Assembly (NCBI GenBank): GCA_049510095.1
Contig: JBEKZG010000001.1
Location: 1 to 39,653, forward strand
Direction of reading: 5' to 3'
Length of the DNA: 39,653 nucleotides
DNA from: Terracidiphilus sp.
GTDB lineage: Bacteria > Acidobacteriota > Terriglobia > Terriglobales > Acidobacteriaceae
Position numbers and translations under genes: made by a program. How positions within the stretch are numbered: the stretch's first letter is position 1; each line of letters starts with the position of its first letter. The notes beneath the pieces are model-generated. The model did no database searches and had not been told where the DNA came from. It was given only the letters and a program-made list of their open reading frames with translations. Below, piece after piece: positions 35,455-39,653 of the stretch.

Positions 35455-37428
35455 ATGATTCGTTTCCTGCAAACAGACAATCGCATTACCAAGGCGATCT
35501 TCGTAGTGATCATCGGCGTGGTTTCAGTGGGCATGGTGGTCTACCTGATACCCGGCCTAACCGGGCTGGGCGCCTCGACCACCGGCAGCTATGCGGTGGT
35601 TTACCCCCACTGGTACAGCATGTATTTCGGCGCGGGGCATCCGGTGAGCCAGCAGCGGGTGGAGATGATGACCCGCCAGCAACTGATGCAACGCAACCCG
35701 CAATACGCCGACAATCCGGCCATCGTTAAAATGATGGAGCCGCAGGTCGGGCAGCAACTGGTACAGGAACAGGTCCTGCTGGCAGAGGCGGAGAAACTCG
35801 GGATTTATGCGACGGACGAGGATGTGCGCCAGTATCTGCACACTGGTCAGCCCGGGCAGGTTTTGTTTCCCGACGGCAAGTTCATCGGCGAGGATGCGTA
35901 CGCCAACCTGATTGCCACGCGATTCAACTTGTCGGTGAAGGATTTTGAGGATGACGTCAAGCACAGCATTGCCATCCGGCGGCTCGAGTCGCTGATTACG
36001 GCCGGGGTTACCGTGGGCGACCAGGAAGTGCGAGACACCTATCGCAAGGGGAATCTCAAGATCAAGTTCGACTACGCGGTGATTTCGTCGGACGACGTAC
36101 GCAAGTCGATCAATCCCACGGACGCGGATCTGGAGGCGTATTTCAAAAAGAACGCCGCACGCTATGCCTCAGCGGTTCCTGAAGAGCGGAAGATCACCTA
36201 TTTTGCTTTTACTCCCAACGAGCTGCCCGGCGGTGTGCCACAGCCGAGCCAGCAGGAGATTCAGAAGTACTTTACCGATCATCAGGCCGAGTACACGGTT
36301 CCGGAGCAGGCTCGTTCGCGTCACATCCTGATCAAGGTGGACGCGGGCGCGGACGCGAAGACGGAGGCGGCGGCGAAAGCGAAGGCGGAGGGAATTCTGA
36401 AGGAGCTTCAGGCTGGCGGAAGCTGGACGGACCTGGCGAAGAAGAACTCCGACGACCCAGGGAGCAAGGATGCGGGAGGCGAACTTGGCTTTGCCCAACC
36501 GAAACGCATGGTGCCGGAGTTCGACCACGCGATCTTCACGCAGAAAATCGGCGACATTGCGATTGTGAAATCTCAGTTTGGTTATCACATCGTGCAGGTA
36601 GAAGAGCGGCAGAAGGCGCACCCCCAGCAGTTGAGCGAGGTGCTGCCTACGATCCAGGCCACGCTGATTCGGCAGAAGGAAGCGAAGGCCGACCAGGACT
36701 ACGCGCAGGCGTTGACCTCAGAGGCGATCAAAAACGGACTGGCGAAGACAGCAGCGGCCCACCACATGGAGCTGGTGAATACGCCGCCCGTTACACAGCG
36801 GGGAATTATCTCGTCGCTGCCCGACAGCGCGCAGTTGCTGTCCAAGGCGTTCCAGGCAAAACAGGGCGATGCGCCGCAGTTTGCACCCACAGGCGAAGGT
36901 TATGCAATTTTCCAGGTGACCGGGGTGACCCCGGCTCATGCACCTAACTTCGCGGACTGGAAGAGCCACGTTCTGGAGGACTACCAGAATGACAAAACAC
37001 CCGCGCTGCTGAGCCAGAAGATCGGCGAGCTTGTGGCGAAGGCCAAGGCTGAGAACGATCTGGCGAAGGCGGCAAAGGAACTGGGCGCAACGGTGAAGAC
37101 CAGCGATCTTGTGGGTGAATCGGGGCAAGTGCCCGACCTGGGGCAGCTTGGGCAGGTCGCTCCGCAGCTGTTCGACCTGAATGTGGGCGACTTGAGTGAG
37201 CCCATCCACGCCGGCAGGACGGCAGTGGTAGCGAAGATCGTGGACAAGCAGGAGCCGTCGGCGGCTGAGATCGCCAGCAGTTTCGGCCAGACCCGTGAGC
37301 AGTTGCTGGATCAGCGCAGGCAGGAGGCGTTCAGCGTCTTCCTGAGCGGGGTCATGGACACCTACAAAAAGGCCAAGCTGATCCGGATGACGGAGAAGGC
37401 GAAGGAACCCACGATACCGGGGTTGTAG
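35455..37428 (+). CDS. ppiD: PpiD-like membrane-anchored parvulin chaperone, 657 aa
   Basis: N-terminal TM anchor, SurA-N-like helical region, parvulin motifs ARSRHILI, LAKKNSDD.GS...GGELG, MVPEF and SQFGYHI. Confidence 0.88.
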   Translation: MIRFLQTDNRITKAIFVVIIGVVSVGMVVYLIPGLTGLGASTTGSYAVVYPHWYSMYFGAGHPVSQQRVEMMTRQQLMQRNPQYADNPAIVKMMEPQVGQQLVQEQVLLAEAEKLGIYATDEDVRQYLHTGQPGQVLFPDGKFIGEDAYANLIATRFNLSVKDFEDDVKHSIAIRRLESLITAGVTVGDQEVRDTYRKGNLKIKFDYAVISSDDVRKSINPTDADLEAYFKKNAARYASAVPEERKITYFAFTPNELPGGVPQPSQQEIQKYFTDHQAEYTVPEQARSRHILIKVDAGADAKTEAAAKAKAEGILKELQAGGSWTDLAKKNSDDPGSKDAGGELGFAQPKRMVPEFDHAIFTQKIGDIAIVKSQFGYHIVQVEERQKAHPQQLSEVLPTIQATLIRQKEAKADQDYAQALTSEAIKNGLAKTAAAHHMELVNTPPVTQRGIISSLPDSAQLLSKAFQAKQGDAPQFAPTGEGYAIFQVTGVTPAHAPNFADWKSHVLEDYQNDKTPALLSQKIGELVAKAKAENDLAKAAKELGATVKTSDLVGESGQVPDLGQLGQVAPQLFDLNVGDLSEPIHAGRTAVVAKIVDKQEPSAAEIASSFGQTREQLLDQRRQEAFSVFLSGVMDTYKKAKLIRMTEKAKEPTIPGL

Positions 37429-37511
37429 GCCTGAGGAAAGCTGAAGTTTGCAGGAGCAAGGCCCGCGTTCCTTAAGAACGTGGGCCTTGCTCGATTTAGC
37501 CGGGCTTGTCT

Positions 37512-38444
37512 TCAGTTTTGTTCGGCGGGGCAGGGTCGGGGTGTGGGAGTTGCTACCGTGGCGGCTTTCTCGGGCTTGGAACGCAGATTCAGAAGGACCA
37601 GTCCGGCGAGGACTACGGCGACGCCGTCCAGGGCGGTCCAGCGAATCTCTTCGCCCGCGATGAAGCCCCAAAACAGGCCCCAGATGGGCAGCACGTAGGT
37701 GACAGCCACGGTGCGCGTGGGCGAGATAGTGGCCAGCAGGCGGAAGAAGAGGAGATAAGCGAGGCCGCTGCCCAGAACTCCGAGGACGGTGACCGCAGCG
37801 ACGGATTTCCAGTGGAGGGCGACCGGATGCGGTCCGATGAGCGCGATGGGCAGCAACGTGAGCGCCGCCAAAGATAACTGGAAGGTGGCAATGACAACCG
37901 GCTCCACGCCTTGCAGCCAACGCTTGGCGGCAACCGCGCCCGCGCCATAGCTGAAACTGGCGATGGCGATGAGGATGACTCCAAAAAGAAATCCGCCGGA
38001 GCCGGTTCCCGTCTGAATTCCCGCAGAGTGGCCGTAGACCACTGCCAGCACGCCAAGGAAACCCAGCGCGACACCGGCAGCGGTGAGCCTCGTTGCGCGG
38101 GCGCTGCCAGTGGCGAGGCCTAACAAAAGCGCCCAGATGGGCGTGGTGGCATTTAGGATGGCCGCTATGCTGGAGGGGACGGTCCGTTCTCCCCATGCGA
38201 AGAAACAAAAGGGGAGGGCATTGTTGAGGAGCGCGACAACCAGCAGCGGGCCGACGAGGCGAAGCGGTGGCATTTTGTGGCGGCCGAGCTTGAGGACGGT
38301 CCACAGCAGCATGGCGCCAAAGGTGAGGCGCCCGAGCGCGACCCAGACCGGCGGCAGATCGTCGCCGGCGAGCTTGATGAGGATGAACGACGCACCCCAG
38401 ACGGCTGAGAGCAGAAACATTTCCAACATGTCGCGCAGCTTCAT
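37512..38444 (-). CDS. DMT/EamA family transporter, 310 aa
   Basis: About 10 TM helices; WGASF..IK, S.IAAILNATTP.W, G.LGSGLAY.LFF.L and VTY..P motifs; AGGAG RBS before ATG 38444. Confidence 0.93.
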   Translation of the reverse strand: MKLRDMLEMFLLSAVWGASFILIKLAGDDLPPVWVALGRLTFGAMLLWTVLKLGRHKMPPLRLVGPLLVVALLNNALPFCFFAWGERTVPSSIAAILNATTPIWALLLGLATGSARATRLTAAGVALGFLGVLAVVYGHSAGIQTGTGSGGFLFGVILIAIASFSYGAGAVAAKRWLQGVEPVVIATFQLSLAALTLLPIALIGPHPVALHWKSVAAVTVLGVLGSGLAYLLFFRLLATISPTRTVAVTYVLPIWGLFWGFIAGEEIRWTALDGVAVVLAGLVLLNLRSKPEKAATVATPTPRPCPAEQN

Positions 38445-38654
38445 TCGATTGGGCTCCTGAACAACAGACCGGCGAGTTCCGGCATCCATGTGTCGATTGT
38501 CGCGGGAAATCCGGGGGGAAGTCTTCCCGGAACTTGCTGTCTACTTCAATTGATACGCGGAACTGGCAATCGACGCCACGAAAGATACGGATGGCTACGA
38601 TCTGTTCTGGAGATGGGTTGGGCGGTTTGCGGAAAGGGGCCCGCAGGGGCTAAA

Positions 38655-38816
38655 CAGGCTGCGGAAAAACTCCAGGCGACGGGTCAGAATCGCACAGCGA
38701 GCCTTAGCAGGGGCTAAAGCCCAGCTCATTCTATTGGCTTTATCGGCACGACTAAAGTCGTGCCCTGTTACAAAGCCTTAAGAATTCGGCTCCTCAATGA
38801 GTTTTTCCGCAGCCTG
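38655..38816. mobile_element. MITE-like element, 162 bp, with perfect 18-bp TIRs and REP-like cargo
   Basis: CAGGCTGCGGAAAAACTC (38655-38672) / GAGTTTTTCCGCAGCCTG (38799-38816); flanks TAAA and TGAA resemble a 4-bp target duplication; no coding capacity. Confidence 0.8.
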
Positions 38817-38895
38817 TGAAGCCCATCTCATTTTTTTTGGCCAAGCGCCCTGCTCTCTCCACAATCTGCAATTTACAACTGCAGCACCGGTCGCG

Positions 38896-39653
38896 TTACT
38901 TCGCCTTGTAGGTGTAGTCGATGTATTTCACCTCGCCATCGATAATCGAATAGAGACGCGCATAAATCGTCTCTCCGCTCAGCGGAATCGAGAAAACGGT
39001 CTTATAAGTGCGAGTTATAGGACCCGATGCGTCGAGGTCATAGCCTCCAGGCGCCACGGCGCTCAGGTGGAGATCGTATTGCGTGACCCCAGTGCCGGGA
39101 GTCCAATCAAACCATACTTTGCTGGTCGTAATCGTTGAACCTGGAGCCGGATAGATCATCTGCGCCAACGTCGCAGACATCGCGGTGTAGGTGTAGTCGT
39201 TGTAATACGTGACTCCACCGACAATCGTATAGAGCCGCGCATAAATCTTTCCTCCGTTGATTGGAAGATTGTTCGCGGTCGTCGAAGTGCCGGTTATATG
39301 GCCCGATAAATAAAGGTCGTAGCCCCCGGGCGCAACGGCGCTGAGGTGGAGATCGTACGCCGAGGCCCCGCTCACAGCCGACCACGCGAACTGTACGCTG
39401 GTGCTCGTCAACTTGCTGCCCGGTGTTGGAGACGCGAGTGTTGCGGGCGGCAGACCGGTACCGCTCAAGGGGATGCTTTGTGTAGCTCCGCTGACATTGA
39501 GGGCGTTATCCGTCAAGACAAGTGACCCGCTCAGCGAACCCGCAGTTGTTGGAGAGAAGCTGATGGGAAGGAGGCAGGATCCACCCGCCGCCAAAGTTCC
39601 CGCCGAAGAGGAACTGGAGTTGATAAGGGGACAAGCCGAGGCCACGCTGCTGC
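38896..39653 (-). CDS. C-terminal part of a large secreted/surface protein: Ig-like (choice-of-anchor D/ASH-like) domain plus two tandem ~90-aa beta-rich repeats (5' truncated)
   Basis: LAAGGSC.L.ISFSPT..G..SGSL.LTDN......Q.I.LSGTG pattern, then two repeats sharing YDLHLSAVAPGGYDL and IYARLY...DYTY.A. Confidence 0.82.
   Translation of the reverse strand, partial: SSVASACPLINSSSSSAGTLAAGGSCLLPISFSPTTAGSLSGSLVLTDNALNVSGATQSIPLSGTGLPPATLASPTPGSKLTSTSVQFAWSAVSGASAYDLHLSAVAPGGYDLYLSGHITGTSTTANNLPINGGKIYARLYTIVGGVTYYNDYTYTAMSATLAQMIYPAPGSTITTSKVWFDWTPGTGVTQYDLHLSAVAPGGYDLDASGPITRTYKTVFSIPLSGETIYARLYSIIDGEVKYIDYTYKAK

Noticed and set aside
36718-38304. 528-aa minus-strand ORF
   Set aside because: Overlaps the EamA gene out of frame and ppiD antisense; Arg/Pro-rich shadow composition.

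Overview
GC-rich bacterial chromosomal segment whose gene content (VWA proteins, ASPIC/UnbV protein, POTRA-only protein, paralogous secreted proteins, dense palindromic repeats) suggests Acidobacteriota; the taxon is an inference. Housekeeping and envelope genes include pyrH, guaA, an M13 peptidase, a PpiD-like chaperone, an EamA transporter and a nucleotide-sugar cluster (uxs and ugd divergent from manA, a GME-like epimerase and pgi). The best candidate for an undescribed system is a minus-strand gene pair: a 112-aa Cys-free protein with all its Tyr/Trp/Pro in one 21-residue segment (5557-5895), followed 102 bp downstream by a radical SAM enzyme with an atypical SPASM-like domain (4270-5454). 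This looks like a RiPP-type precursor/maturase pair. A 461-bp internally deleted IS5-family element with intact ends lies 100 bp upstream of it. Also notable: three tandem beta-propeller lipoproteins, three paralogues of an unnamed YCC-motif secreted domain (one frameshifted), a MITE nested in a REP-like hairpin, a 4-copy intergenic repeat that supplies the last codons of manA, and phased AT-rich repeats upstream of guaA. No rRNA, tRNA or CRISPR array was recognised. All calls are by eye; no searches were run.
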